From Fidelibacterota bacterium (GTDB lineage Bacteria > Fidelibacterota > UBA8477 > JABMPR01), in NCBI GenBank assembly GCA_016784545.1, contig JADHUM010000003.1:3983-67982 (forward strand): a DNA stretch of 64,000 nucleotides, written 5' to 3'. This document shows positions 8,908 to 19,199 of this stretch, in pieces (the first letter of the stretch is position 1; every line of letters starts with the position of its first letter). Position numbers and translations under genes: made by a program. Under the pieces are notes generated by a model, which saw nothing but the letters and a program-made list of their open reading frames with translations, did not search any database and was not told where the DNA came from.

Positions 8908-10407
8908 TTATGGGGTTGGTGCTACATAATCTTTTGAACGAGTTCGTGATTCCGAAATGTACTCGTTGAAATATCCTGCCCACTTAAATCGAATATCCCA
9001 GATTTCCTGGTTGGATGTCAATTCCGGGTAATCAATGAGCTCCGTCTTGCTCAACACAAACTGGCTTCTAAGCATGGTGGGAAAGATCTGGGCAACCAGA
9101 CTTGGGAAATCCGGGACGCGGTAACTTGTGAGATCATTCCGACCAACAATATTCCAGGTATATACTGATTCACCAGACCGAAAACGCCAATAGCTCCTGA
9201 TTTGATCAAAGGTGCCTGTCGTTGTGATCTCAAAATTGTTTTTGGAGCCTGACACAAATGTCATGCTTGCATCGATGGTTTCAAACTGGCCGGGAATATT
9301 GCCATAGACCGTATTGTAATTCCAACCACCACTTTTGAAATAATACATATAGGTACGATAATCCTGCATCTCAGACTGCGGAGTGTGCACGCGCATGGTG
9401 GTTGTATTTGGATCAAAGCGAACTCGATCCAGTAAAAATGATCCATGACTATAATCTCCTGAAACTGTATAACCGTATAGCAAAGTTCGGGCTTCTTGTG
9501 CGTCTGAAGGGAATTGCACACTATGCTCAGTTGTCGATATGAGATTACTCAGGCTGATATCGTAACCCTGGGGTTGTAAAGCATCATACCAAAGATAGCC
9601 AGTTCCGTTTGATGTATTGCTCAGTCGTAAATACACACCGGTTTCAGCCTTGTAGGTCTTGAGCGACAATTCTGCAGGGATTTGAGTGTCAAACCCCCAA
9701 AGCTCTGCATAGGCATTGGCCACAGACCAACCCGTGTGTGAGGGTACAGAACTAATACTGAAATCAATGGTTTGATAAAAATTCAAATCCACCCGTGGTA
9801 ATCCCCGAAAGGTCCACGTTTCACCACGAGGAATGTCCAGATAGGTTGCAATATTGACATTGCCATATCCATCAGCCCTCATCGTGGTAATAGAAATATT
9901 TCCCGAATCAGATGGACTCTGATTTAGATCCTCAATCACTACTGTAGCATTACCAGTCCAGGACGATTGTCCCAGCAAGGTCCCTGACATATCCTGAACA
10001 AACAAAACACCGGCTCCACAGTCTGCACAGAGCCAATTATTAACGTACTTCGCTGTGAATAATACATTGGCCACACGCACAACCACCTGATTCGACAGGG
10101 TTTCGTTCCCAGCATCATCGATAGCTCGACATTGAAGGGAATGCTCCCCATTCTCGTATTCCAGTGTATTCCAGCTTGCGGTAAAGGGTTCACTATGAAG
10201 GGTCTCGATCAAGTCACCATCGACAAAAAACTCAACCGATTCGATCCCCTCATCATCGGCAACCAGAGCGCTGATAGACGTCACACCAGCCACTGTTGAA
10301 TTATTGAGGGGGGAGGAAATACTGATTTCAGGAAGGCTGGTATTAACCCCCTCCTGACAACCGATTAAAAGCAGCGTAGCGATTAACCCGACCCATTGAA
10401 GTTTCAC
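8908..10407 (-). CDS. Lipoprotein with an N-terminal Ig-like (Big-type) domain; function unknown.
   Basis: Lipobox LLLIGCQ. Ig-like segment (VEFFVDGDLIETLHSEPFTASWN). No recognisable catalytic motifs. Confidence 0.4.
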   Translation of the reverse strand: MKLQWVGLIATLLLIGCQEGVNTSLPEISISSPLNNSTVAGVTSISALVADDEGIESVEFFVDGDLIETLHSEPFTASWNTLEYENGEHSLQCRAIDDAGNETLSNQVVVRVANVLFTAKYVNNWLCADCGAGVLFVQDMSGTLLGQSSWTGNATVVIEDLNQSPSDSGNISITTMRADGYGNVNIATYLDIPRGETWTFRGLPRVDLNFYQTIDFSISSVPSHTGWSVANAYAELWGFDTQIPAELSLKTYKAETGVYLRLSNTSNGTGYLWYDALQPQGYDISLSNLISTTEHSVQFPSDAQEARTLLYGYTVSGDYSHGSFLLDRVRFDPNTTTMRVHTPQSEMQDYRTYMYYFKSGGWNYNTVYGNIPGQFETIDASMTFVSGSKNNFEITTTGTFDQIRSYWRFRSGESVYTWNIVGRNDLTSYRVPDFPSLVAQIFPTMLRSQFVLSKTELIDYPELTSNQEIWDIRFKWAGYFNEYISESRTRSKDYVAPTP

Positions 10408-10437
10408 TGTTTCAATCCCCTTTAATTATTACTCGGA

Positions 10438-12525
10438 TTATTCTGCTGTCGTACCCAGTTGACGATGTAGATAAGTGAATTCGATAGCAGCCATGGTCGC
10501 ATATTGTTTCAAATTCGCTCCAGCTGCATGCCCACCTTCAATATTTTCATAATACATAACCGGATGCCCCTGTTCCAGCATACGGGCAACCATTTTCCTG
10601 GCGTGTCCTGGATGAACACGATCATCCTTGGTTGAGGTTGTAAACATCACTCTGGGATATGACTTTTGAGGGTCTAAAAGATGGTATGGAGAATGAGCTT
10701 TGAGATATGCGCCTTCTTGGGGATCGTCGGGGTCTCCGTACTCCCCCATCCAACTGGCACCTGCCAGTAATTTATGATATCGCATCATATCAAGCAGGGG
10801 AACCTGGGAAACCACAGCACCAAACAGATCGGGTCTCAAGGTAAAAGCCGCACCGACCAAAAGTCCACCACCGCTGCCCCCCATAATACCCAACTTCTCT
10901 GGGGAGGTGATACCACTGTTGATCATATCCTCAGCTATGGCGAAAAAATCCTCATAGGATTTGTGTCGATTGGTCTTCAGGGCAGCTTGATGCCAGGCAG
11001 GACCATATTCACCTCCACCTCTGATATTTGCCAGGGCAAATATGCCCCCCTTCTCCATCCACAGCTTTCCAGTTTTAGACCAATATTGAGATTTCTCGGA
11101 TACTTCAAATCCACCATAACCATAAAGAAGGGTAGGATTGCTACCGTCTAAGGGCATATCCTTCACACTCACGAGAAAATAGGGAATTTTGGTACCATCT
11201 TTACTGATGGCAAACTTTTGATTTACTTCAAGGTTTTCACTATCATAGCGAGCTGGCGATTGTTGGATCAAGATGGGGTTTGCAGTCGCTTCGGTATAGT
11301 AACTCAGTGTCGTTGGTGTAATCAAGTCATTGTAGGTGCAAAAGAAATTGGCATTCAGAGGGTCGGCACCGTAAATGGAAAGAGTTCCTCCATTGGGGAG
11401 ATCTAGCATATCCAGTTCCCATGATTCATCTTTCAAACTGACACGGAATACCTTGTCCACAACGTTTTGCTGAATAGTGAGAAGGGGGTTTGCAGATGAA
11501 AAACAAATATCCAAAATAGAACTTTCTGAATCGGGAGTAAACACATCTGTTTTCGCATTCGATTCCAGGTCCAGGGCGATAAGCGAGCCTTTTACACTTC
11601 CCCTCCAATCCGTCCTGAGTACTGCAAACGCTTGATCTCGCCAGATACCCTTAAAATCAGCATCATGGGGTAAATCTATTCTTTGGGTGGCCATATTTTT
11701 ATCCACCCATAATATTTCGTGTGACCAGAAATCCTTTGATTTACTAATCAGGGAGTAATTTCCTTCTGCTGTGAATATGGTCCAGCCCCAGGTACCTACA
11801 TCCTCCAAGGGAATTCTGGCTAGTTCAGGAGATGCGGCCAAATCGTCACCCCGCGTCCATACTTTTACACTGGCGGCATAGCCACTCTCGGTCATGCTGC
11901 CTGGTCCAAAGTCTGTGGCCACAAACACTTGATCCTGGTTAATCCAGCTCACGGTTGATTTTTCTTCAGGAACAGTAAAGCCATCCTCAATAAAAGAACG
12001 AGTGGAGATATCGAATTCGCGCACCACAACTGCATCCTTGCCACCCCGTGACAGTTCAATCAGGAAGCGATTGTAAGCTGGGGGTAAACCTGCAGTGCTT
12101 TTATAGACCCAGTTCTCGCTCTCCATGTCAGCCAAAGCATCTACATCAAGCAACACATCCCATTCTGGCTTATTGTCCAGATATGCTGCCAGGGGTGACC
12201 GACGCCAGATCCCCCTGATATGCACATCGTCACGCCAGAAGTTGTAAATATAATCTCCCCTGATTTTGCCATATACCAGCCTGTCTTGCGCCTCATAAAT
12301 AGCCAGAGCTTCACGCTCAAATTGTTCGAAACGGGGGTCAGCATGCAATTCGCTCAAAGTAAGAGCGTTCTGTTCCCTCACCCAGTTTAGAGCTCGTTCA
12401 CCTTCTACTTCTTCAAGCCAGATATAGGGGTCTTTCACATTCAATTGAGGAACACTTTCTGGTTTTGGTATGCAGGAAAGCACTATCAGGGCAAGCAGCC
12501 CGATAACTATTTTAAATTTGTCCAA
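10438..12525 (-). CDS. Prolyl oligopeptidase family (S9A) serine peptidase, lipoprotein.
   Basis: N-terminal beta-propeller-like region plus a C-terminal alpha/beta hydrolase domain with the GGSGGG nucleophile elbow. Lipobox VLSC. Confidence 0.8.
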   Translation of the reverse strand: MDKFKIVIGLLALIVLSCIPKPESVPQLNVKDPYIWLEEVEGERALNWVREQNALTLSELHADPRFEQFEREALAIYEAQDRLVYGKIRGDYIYNFWRDDVHIRGIWRRSPLAAYLDNKPEWDVLLDVDALADMESENWVYKSTAGLPPAYNRFLIELSRGGKDAVVVREFDISTRSFIEDGFTVPEEKSTVSWINQDQVFVATDFGPGSMTESGYAASVKVWTRGDDLAASPELARIPLEDVGTWGWTIFTAEGNYSLISKSKDFWSHEILWVDKNMATQRIDLPHDADFKGIWRDQAFAVLRTDWRGSVKGSLIALDLESNAKTDVFTPDSESSILDICFSSANPLLTIQQNVVDKVFRVSLKDESWELDMLDLPNGGTLSIYGADPLNANFFCTYNDLITPTTLSYYTEATANPILIQQSPARYDSENLEVNQKFAISKDGTKIPYFLVSVKDMPLDGSNPTLLYGYGGFEVSEKSQYWSKTGKLWMEKGGIFALANIRGGGEYGPAWHQAALKTNRHKSYEDFFAIAEDMINSGITSPEKLGIMGGSGGGLLVGAAFTLRPDLFGAVVSQVPLLDMMRYHKLLAGASWMGEYGDPDDPQEGAYLKAHSPYHLLDPQKSYPRVMFTTSTKDDRVHPGHARKMVARMLEQGHPVMYYENIEGGHAAGANLKQYATMAAIEFTYLHRQLGTTAE

Positions 12526-12540
12526 AGTAGGTTCTCCTTA

Positions 12541-12870
12541 TCAGGCACAGTCCACGCATTTGTCTGATTCAGGCAACATCATCAGACGACCCAGTGGGAT
12601 GGGTTGTTTGCAGACTCGACAAAGACCATAATCATCTTTATCAATGAAGGACAGAGAGACTTCGAGTTTTTGAAGCTTGGCTTCAGTCTTGGACAGCAGG
12701 AGTTCATTCACGCTTTTATTATTGATGGCTTCCATACGCGAGATTCGTCCAATGGCTGCATCAGGAGCAATGGGTTGGGTCATTTCCTTTAATTCAATTA
12801 CCTGTTCAGTGGCGCTTTCGATTTCTGAATGAATGCGCTCTCGTATCTGTTGTTTTTCTTCGTAATTCAT
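12541..12870 (-). CDS. DksA/TraR-family C4 zinc-finger protein.
   Basis: C-terminal CxxC-x17-CxxC (CRVCK...CVDCA) after a coiled-coil-like N-terminus. Confidence 0.65.
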   Translation of the reverse strand: MNYEEKQQIRERIHSEIESATEQVIELKEMTQPIAPDAAIGRISRMEAINNKSVNELLLSKTEAKLQKLEVSLSFIDKDDYGLCRVCKQPIPLGRLMMLPESDKCVDCA

Positions 12871-12964
12871 ATATTAATCCAAATTGTAAATTTCAATAAA
12901 TTCAAGTGCAACGCCCTGCGTTATAAGTGATTGTGGATTAAGTTAATTATAGAAGTGTTTATAT

Positions 12965-13000
12965 AAACAGAAAAGGCGACGAAAATAATCGCCGCCTTTC
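12965..13000 (-). terminator. Putative rho-independent terminator downstream of fadN.
   Basis: GC-rich imperfect hairpin (ggcgacg...cgccgcc) followed by a T-rich tract on the minus strand. Confidence 0.5.
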
Positions 13001-13046
13001 TTTATTGTTGCATCCCCAAGAGGAAAACGGAAAACCTGGGATGCAG

Positions 13047-15395
13047 TTAGTTTCTAAGAGGTCGCCCTCGTTTCAACATGTATTCTATGCGTGCCCGCGT
13101 TTTTGGTTCCCCACCGAGTGAAACAAACGCTTCCCGTTCTAGATCCAGTAGATACTGTTCATCCAGGGGTCTCATGATCCCCCCTTTGTCACCACCAGTA
13201 AGTACAAAGGCTAGTTTCTCAGCAATGAGGGCATCATGTTCGGAAATTTTCCCGGATTTCAGGAATCCCTTTACAGTACTCTTCACAGCTAAACGACCAC
13301 CCTTACCAGGCAGAAATAGATCTGTCCGAAATTCAGGCGGTTGGTAGCCTTCACTCATGGACAAGACTTCTGCCTTGGCCCGAGAGACTCGATGGTCTTG
13401 ATTAACGACAATGATATCATCTTTTGTGAGATACCCGATTGAAACCGCATGCTTGGCTGACATGGAGACTTTGGCAAACCCAATGGCTTCAAACGCCTTT
13501 TGAGCAACCTGAAAGGCACCTGCACGACCCTTGGAGAGACGGTCCTGCGCTTTCATGATCATTCTAAGATTGCCGCCAGCTCCTGGTATGAGTCCTACAC
13601 CTACCTCAACCAGACCTGTATAGAGCTCTGCTGCAGCAACGATCCTATCACAGGCACCAATGGTTTCATATCCTCCACCCAGGGCCATCCAGTGTGGTGC
13701 AGCTACCACAGGGAAGGGAGCGAATCGAACCTTTTGCAGGGTATCCTGCATGGCTTTACTCATGGCATCCAAACCAGCCCAGTCCTTTTCATCTATAGCT
13801 CGCAGCATCAAAGCCAGGTTAGCTCCAGCGGAAAAGTGTGTCGCTTCTGAGGCGATAACCAGGCCCTTATAGTTATTTTCAGTTACCCAATCCACTGCTT
13901 GATCAAGCATGCCAATAATGGAACCATCAATAGGATTGAAGGTAGGCTGAAGCACTGAATGCATGGTTACAGCGGCAACACCATCTCCAAGATCGATCAA
14001 CGACGCTGACCAATCCTTTTTGATGAGCCCACCCGTTTTCTTGATGACATTAAAATCGAAAGCCAGCGGATGAGTTGGGACAGGCTGCATGGATTCACTT
14101 GTAGGATCATAATAGGTTTTGACCTTCCCATCGAATCCATAAAAGGATGTGAATCCCTTGCTTATCATGGTCTGAACCCAGGTTGGGATTTTTCGGCCAT
14201 CACGCTTCATCCGTTCAATTGAGGCTGCCAATCCAAATGCATCCCAGACTTCGAAGGGACCAAATTCCCAACCAAAACCCCATTTCATGGCACTGTCAAT
14301 ATTTACAATGTCATCAGAAATTTCAGGGAGACGATTTGCGGAATAAATCAGAATTCCAGCATTCAATTCCCAGAGAAATTTTCCAGCGACATCATCGATC
14401 CTCACCAGACTTTTTAGTTTTCCAGGGAGGTAGGTCTCATTCTTAGATACCCGGATGGCATCGTATTTCTTTTTAACAGAAGGTTCATATTCAAGCGTAT
14501 CCAGATTAAGAGACAGGATGGTCTTTTTATCTACTTTTTTATAGAAACCACTTCCCGTTTTTTGGCCCAACCATCCATTATCAAGCATGGATTGCAGATA
14601 GTCAGGAATCTTAAAGATATCTCGTTCTTCATCCGCCTCACCTTTGTCATAAGCATTTTCAGCCACATGGACGAGCGTATCCAAACCAACCACATCTCCT
14701 GTTCTGAAAGTAGCTGATTTCATATGCCCGATAAGCGTACCGGTCAAGGCATCCACATCAGGAACGTTCAATTTCTTTTCTCTGGCCAATTTCAGGGTCA
14801 GCATCATACCATATACACCAATACGATTGGCGATGAAGTTGGCTGTATCCTTGGCCCAGACGACCCCTTTTCCAAGATCATCTTCCAGGAAGGTGGCTAT
14901 ATCCTGCATGGCTTCCATATCTGTATCAGGTCCACCCACCAACTCCACCAATTTCATATAGCGGGGTGGATTGAAAAAATGAGTAATAAAGAAGCGTTTC
15001 TTCATATGGGCAGGCAATGAGCTGGCCATATCAGCTAAAGAAAGACCCGATGTATTACTGGTCAGAATAGCTGTGGCATTCATTTTGGGCACTATTTTCT
15101 CAAAGAGCCCCTGTTTCCAATCAAGACGCTCTGCGATGACTTCAATGACCCAATCCACTTCCCCAATCTTGTCGAGGTGATCATCATAATTACATGGTGT
15201 AATCATCTCCAGGGTTTTAGGATTATATACCGGACTGGGTTTCAGCTTATTCATTCCCTCCAAGCCCTGCTCCGCCAGCTCCTGATTCATATCGAAGAGG
15301 TAACTGGGAATCCCAGCGTTTGACAGGTGAGTCGCAATCTGTGCGCCCATGACTCCAGCGCCTAGAACGGCTACCTTTTCTACCTTTAATGCCAT
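13047..15395 (-). CDS. fadN: Bifunctional 3-hydroxyacyl-CoA dehydrogenase / enoyl-CoA hydratase, FadN-type (HCDH N-terminal, crotonase C-terminal).
   Basis: N-terminal Rossmann VAVLGAGVMGAQIA and a C-terminal crotonase fold. The start is taken at MALKV, 2 nt after the thiolase stop; the ORF-track start is an over-extension. Confidence 0.85.
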   Translation of the reverse strand: MALKVEKVAVLGAGVMGAQIATHLSNAGIPSYLFDMNQELAEQGLEGMNKLKPSPVYNPKTLEMITPCNYDDHLDKIGEVDWVIEVIAERLDWKQGLFEKIVPKMNATAILTSNTSGLSLADMASSLPAHMKKRFFITHFFNPPRYMKLVELVGGPDTDMEAMQDIATFLEDDLGKGVVWAKDTANFIANRIGVYGMMLTLKLAREKKLNVPDVDALTGTLIGHMKSATFRTGDVVGLDTLVHVAENAYDKGEADEERDIFKIPDYLQSMLDNGWLGQKTGSGFYKKVDKKTILSLNLDTLEYEPSVKKKYDAIRVSKNETYLPGKLKSLVRIDDVAGKFLWELNAGILIYSANRLPEISDDIVNIDSAMKWGFGWEFGPFEVWDAFGLAASIERMKRDGRKIPTWVQTMISKGFTSFYGFDGKVKTYYDPTSESMQPVPTHPLAFDFNVIKKTGGLIKKDWSASLIDLGDGVAAVTMHSVLQPTFNPIDGSIIGMLDQAVDWVTENNYKGLVIASEATHFSAGANLALMLRAIDEKDWAGLDAMSKAMQDTLQKVRFAPFPVVAAPHWMALGGGYETIGACDRIVAAAELYTGLVEVGVGLIPGAGGNLRMIMKAQDRLSKGRAGAFQVAQKAFEAIGFAKVSMSAKHAVSIGYLTKDDIIVVNQDHRVSRAKAEVLSMSEGYQPPEFRTDLFLPGKGGRLAVKSTVKGFLKSGKISEHDALIAEKLAFVLTGGDKGGIMRPLDEQYLLDLEREAFVSLGGEPKTRARIEYMLKRGRPLRN

Positions 15396-15397
15396 GA

Positions 15398-16531
15398 TTA
15401 AATCCTCTCGATAATGGTTGCGATGCCTTGCCCCGTTCCAATACACATGGTGGCCAGACCGTATTTTGTATCGTTCTGTTCCATGACGTTGAGCAGGGTC
15501 GTTACAATCCTGGCTCCTGAACAGCCTAGTGGATGTCCAAGTGCAATGGCACCACCATTCAAATTAATTTTTTCATTTGGCCAACCACCCTTGCGAATGA
15601 CATAAAGTGATTGAGCTCCAAAAGCTTCGTTCAATTCGATGGTATCCATCTGATCCATAGTCATACCCACGTTCTTTAAGGCTTTTTCTGTGGCAGGAAG
15701 TGGTCCAGAACCCATTAGGGTGGGATCCACACCGGCTACAGCACGAGATATGATTTTGGCTCGGACTTTAAGACCTAATTCCTCAGCTTTGGTATTGCTC
15801 ATGACCAGAACAGCTGCGGCACCGACACTAATGGGGCTTGATGTTGCAGCTGTAATAGTGCCCTCCGCTAAAAAAGCGGGGGATAAAGATTTGATCTTAG
15901 CTACATCTGGTTCTCTGGGACCCTCATCCTTAGAGACACGAATACCCTCAATTTCAATGGGAACAATCTCGTTGTCGAATCTTCCAGCGGCTTGAGCAGC
16001 CAGAGCTTTTTTATGAGATGCAATGGCAAAGGCTTCCTGGTCCTCTCGACTAATATCCAATTCCTGAGCAAGATTTTCAGCAGTCTCACCCATACCCATA
16101 TAATAGTCAATCTCGTATAACTCTGGATTAAAATCAGGGTTATAACCACCCATGGGGACACCAAACATATCTTCAACACCAGCAGCAATTCCAATTTCTT
16201 TATCGCCAGCAAGGATGGACGCACTCAATTGATGGAGGGCATCCATGGAAGAACCACAGAACCGGTTTACTGTGCTGCCTGTGGTCGTATTGGGTAGACC
16301 AGCCAGCAATGCAACTCCACGCCCCATGAGCATTCCTTGATTTCCTTCAGGAAACGCGCAACCCAGCACAAGGTCTTCCACATCTTCTCCCTTTACAGCT
16401 GGATTTCTTTTCAGAAGGGCTTTCACAACCTGGGCGGCAATATCATCTGGTCGCATCCCAATCATTTCACCATTTTTAAGACCTATGGGACTCCGAACAG
16501 CATCAACGATTACACTATATCTTTCACTCAT
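15398..16531 (-). CDS. fadA: Acetyl-CoA C-acyltransferase (3-ketoacyl-CoA thiolase).
   Basis: Thiolase signatures (NRFCGSS active-site Cys region and C-terminal GxGxG with CIGTGQG). Confidence 0.9.
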   Translation of the reverse strand: MSERYSVIVDAVRSPIGLKNGEMIGMRPDDIAAQVVKALLKRNPAVKGEDVEDLVLGCAFPEGNQGMLMGRGVALLAGLPNTTTGSTVNRFCGSSMDALHQLSASILAGDKEIGIAAGVEDMFGVPMGGYNPDFNPELYEIDYYMGMGETAENLAQELDISREDQEAFAIASHKKALAAQAAGRFDNEIVPIEIEGIRVSKDEGPREPDVAKIKSLSPAFLAEGTITAATSSPISVGAAAVLVMSNTKAEELGLKVRAKIISRAVAGVDPTLMGSGPLPATEKALKNVGMTMDQMDTIELNEAFGAQSLYVIRKGGWPNEKINLNGGAIALGHPLGCSGARIVTTLLNVMEQNDTKYGLATMCIGTGQGIATIIERI

Positions 16532-16551
16532 TTTTAAATTCTCCTCATTCC

Positions 16552-18324
16552 TTAATCATTCAGTGGGTATGAACCGCGCTTTAATAGCAGTTGGAAAATC
16601 AGCTTTTGTTCCTCAATGACATCAGCGTGATAGTCCAATTCTGTGAGCGTTTCATCCAGCTTGCCCAACTTGGACTTGCGTTCATCTTCAGAGAGGATGT
16701 GCCTTAATATTCTTTTGCCATTTGAAACAATGACTTCCAGATTTCTCAACACGGATACTCTCAGGACTGCCAGAACTTCGTCACATCTCGGATACTTCTC
16801 ATCCAGCTGCAAATATCTCCTTAGTACACTGAAAATGACCTGCTGAGCGATAACCATATTCGCAAAAGCCTCAATTTCAAATTGAGTATTTTTGAAGTCC
16901 TGCCCATATTTAAGGATTAGCTCATGCAGCGTTTTGAGTACAATGCCTCGTCCCAACTCCACTGCTTTTATTTCCTGCACTCTTGGATGATCAGCTGGTA
17001 TTTCAACTTTGGGCAGCCAGCCATCACCCATTTCAAGAATCTGGTCACGAATAGGCAGCTCTTCCAGGATAGCCTTTTTCATAGCTATTCCAGAAATGAT
17101 CAGCTTGTTGATCTCGTTGGTTCCTTCAAATATTCTATTGACACGTTCATCCCGCAGGATTCTTGCCAGCGGATATTCTTCAGAGAATCCGTAGCCACCA
17201 AATATTTGGACCCCATCATCAGCGTTAATCCACATGGCTTCAGAGGAGAAGATCTTATTGGTGCTATTCTCAATAGCATGATCTTCAATCACGGTGTAGA
17301 GATGATTGTAATACTCAGGATCATCATCCTCATAGCGCTCTGTTGCCGCATCGATGGATCCAGTGGACTGATACGTAATCGTTTCAGCCTCATAGCAGCG
17401 AATTACCATATCAGCAAATTTTCTCTGGATCATGCCAAAGGCAGTTAGAGGTTGGGCGAATTGTTCACGCTCCTTGGCATAGTCCAGGGCAGTGAGAATG
17501 GTTTGTTTGGCACCCCCCATGGTCACCGCTCCCAGCTTCAATCGCCCGATATAGAGCACATTAAAGGCTACAGCTGCTCCATTATCAACGCCACCTAGAA
17601 CGTTTTCAACAGGAACCATACAATCTTTCAAGACATAGGTAGTTGTTGAAGAGCCTTTGATTCCCAATTTATGTTCTTCTGGCCCGCGCTCCCATCCAGT
17701 CGTCTCTTGATCCAGGATAAATGATGTCATTTTGTCACCATCTATCTTGGCAAAGACAATCCCAATGTCCGCCCAGCTACCGTTGGTGATAAATTGTTTT
17801 ACCCCATTAAGGATATAATGGGTACCCTCTGCGTTCAGCTTGGCTGAGGTCGTGCCATTCAAGGCATCCGAGCCAGCTCCTGGCTCAGTTAAAGCATAGG
17901 AGCTCATCCATTCACCGCTCATCATTTTTGGAATGTATTTTTCCCTCTGAGCTTCAGTTCCATACCAAAGGATGGGCAGCAAACCGATTCCGGTATGATC
18001 GGTCACAGTCACCATAAGCGATGAACTTTTACTTTCCCCAAAAGCTTCCAGGGCCAGGGCAGCAGCTGTTTTATCAAGACCCATGCCGCCATATTTCTCT
18101 GGGACATCCAGTCCCAGCATCCCCATTTCCCCCATCTGAGTCATAAAATCACGAGTCAGTTTTTCATCGAGTTTTTCAATTTCAAGGGCCATGGGAGCGA
18201 TAGCTTCTGAAGAAAAAGTGCGTATTGCTTCAAAAAATTCTCTTTGGTCATCACTCCATTTTTCTCTGGTGAAGATTTCATCGACGCCAAAGGGTGTGGT
18301 TAGAAATGCGCCACCCTTATTCAT
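16552..18324 (-). CDS. fadE: Acyl-CoA dehydrogenase (long, FadE-like, with a C-terminal extension).
   Basis: Acyl-CoA dehydrogenase N-terminal, middle and C-terminal domain motifs (YALTEPGAGSD, IFEGTNEI). Confidence 0.85.
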   Translation of the reverse strand: MNKGGAFLTTPFGVDEIFTREKWSDDQREFFEAIRTFSSEAIAPMALEIEKLDEKLTRDFMTQMGEMGMLGLDVPEKYGGMGLDKTAAALALEAFGESKSSSLMVTVTDHTGIGLLPILWYGTEAQREKYIPKMMSGEWMSSYALTEPGAGSDALNGTTSAKLNAEGTHYILNGVKQFITNGSWADIGIVFAKIDGDKMTSFILDQETTGWERGPEEHKLGIKGSSTTTYVLKDCMVPVENVLGGVDNGAAVAFNVLYIGRLKLGAVTMGGAKQTILTALDYAKEREQFAQPLTAFGMIQRKFADMVIRCYEAETITYQSTGSIDAATERYEDDDPEYYNHLYTVIEDHAIENSTNKIFSSEAMWINADDGVQIFGGYGFSEEYPLARILRDERVNRIFEGTNEINKLIISGIAMKKAILEELPIRDQILEMGDGWLPKVEIPADHPRVQEIKAVELGRGIVLKTLHELILKYGQDFKNTQFEIEAFANMVIAQQVIFSVLRRYLQLDEKYPRCDEVLAVLRVSVLRNLEVIVSNGKRILRHILSEDERKSKLGKLDETLTELDYHADVIEEQKLIFQLLLKRGSYPLND

Positions 18325-18359
18325 TTCATTCTCCTTATTTTGGATACAATTCTGTTATT

Positions 18360-18959
18360 TCAATCCTGGACGGCAATACCATCCAGAATCAGTTCCATAT
18401 TCAAGTCTACATATTCTTCCAGGGAAAAGTCACTGGGTTTAAATAGTGCAAACCAGATCATTCCATGCAAGGAGGTCATAATAGACATGGCTATCATGCG
18501 CTCATTTACATTTCTAAATTCCCCATACTTTATCCCCCGCTTGATAAGGGCCTCAAATTCGCTCAAGACACTGGCATACAGGTGACTTGCTAATTCTTTA
18601 ATTTCTTTATCCCGGTTGGCAAAAGCCCAGATTTCGGGTTCCACCAGGAACCAGTTTGGATTTCTCTGAAATAGTTTTGCAGTAAATTTCGCTATGTGAA
18701 GTATGATTTCTCTGGATGGTTTTGCCTTCATTTTGCCACCGCGCTCAATGGGTGAAAATTGATCCATCCAATGTTCGATCAAGGCAATGAATAGGTCGCG
18801 TTTGCTCTGAAAGTGGTGATATATCGCTCCTTTGCTCAAGCCGATCTCTTGAACAATATCATCCATTCTGGCATCAGAATATCCCTTTTTAACAAAAATG
18901 GTAAGCGCTGCCTCTAATATTTCAATTCGACGTTCTGAGCTGGGTCTTCTCTCTGTCAT
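18360..18959 (-). CDS. TetR/AcrR family transcriptional regulator (FadR/YsiA-like repressor of the fad operon).
   Basis: N-terminal HTH (RRIEILEAALTIFVKKGYSDARMDDIVQEIGLSKGAIYHHF). The start is placed at MTERR; the ORF-track start uses a non-ATG codon further upstream and would engulf the operator. Confidence 0.8.
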   Translation of the reverse strand: MTERRPSSERRIEILEAALTIFVKKGYSDARMDDIVQEIGLSKGAIYHHFQSKRDLFIALIEHWMDQFSPIERGGKMKAKPSREIILHIAKFTAKLFQRNPNWFLVEPEIWAFANRDKEIKELASHLYASVLSEFEALIKRGIKYGEFRNVNERMIAMSIMTSLHGMIWFALFKPSDFSLEEYVDLNMELILDGIAVQD

Positions 18960-18987
18960 AGCTGGCCTTAATATTATTTCATGACAT

Positions 18988-19011
18988 ACATACCGACTGG
19001 TCGGTATGTAA
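18988..19011. promoter_or_regulatory. 11-2-11 inverted repeat TACATACCGAC-TG-GTCGGTATGTA; candidate TetR operator.
   Basis: Near-perfect palindrome about 30 bp upstream of the tetR start, in the divergent tetR/ccp intergenic region. Coordinates are +/-1. Confidence 0.6.
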
Positions 19012-19199
19012 TATAGACCTTTACTATCCTTCTGCAAGCAAGCTTTGTGAGTTAATGAAAGGTTCGCTCTGGAGGTAGGATTAGCGCCATCATTTGAATC
19101 TTACTGTTTTTTTTTGATGGAAAGCTCCACCGCCCATATATATTGTTGCTGTTTAGCAGTTATTAATTTTGAGCACTTAAATAATAAGGGGAATTAGGA

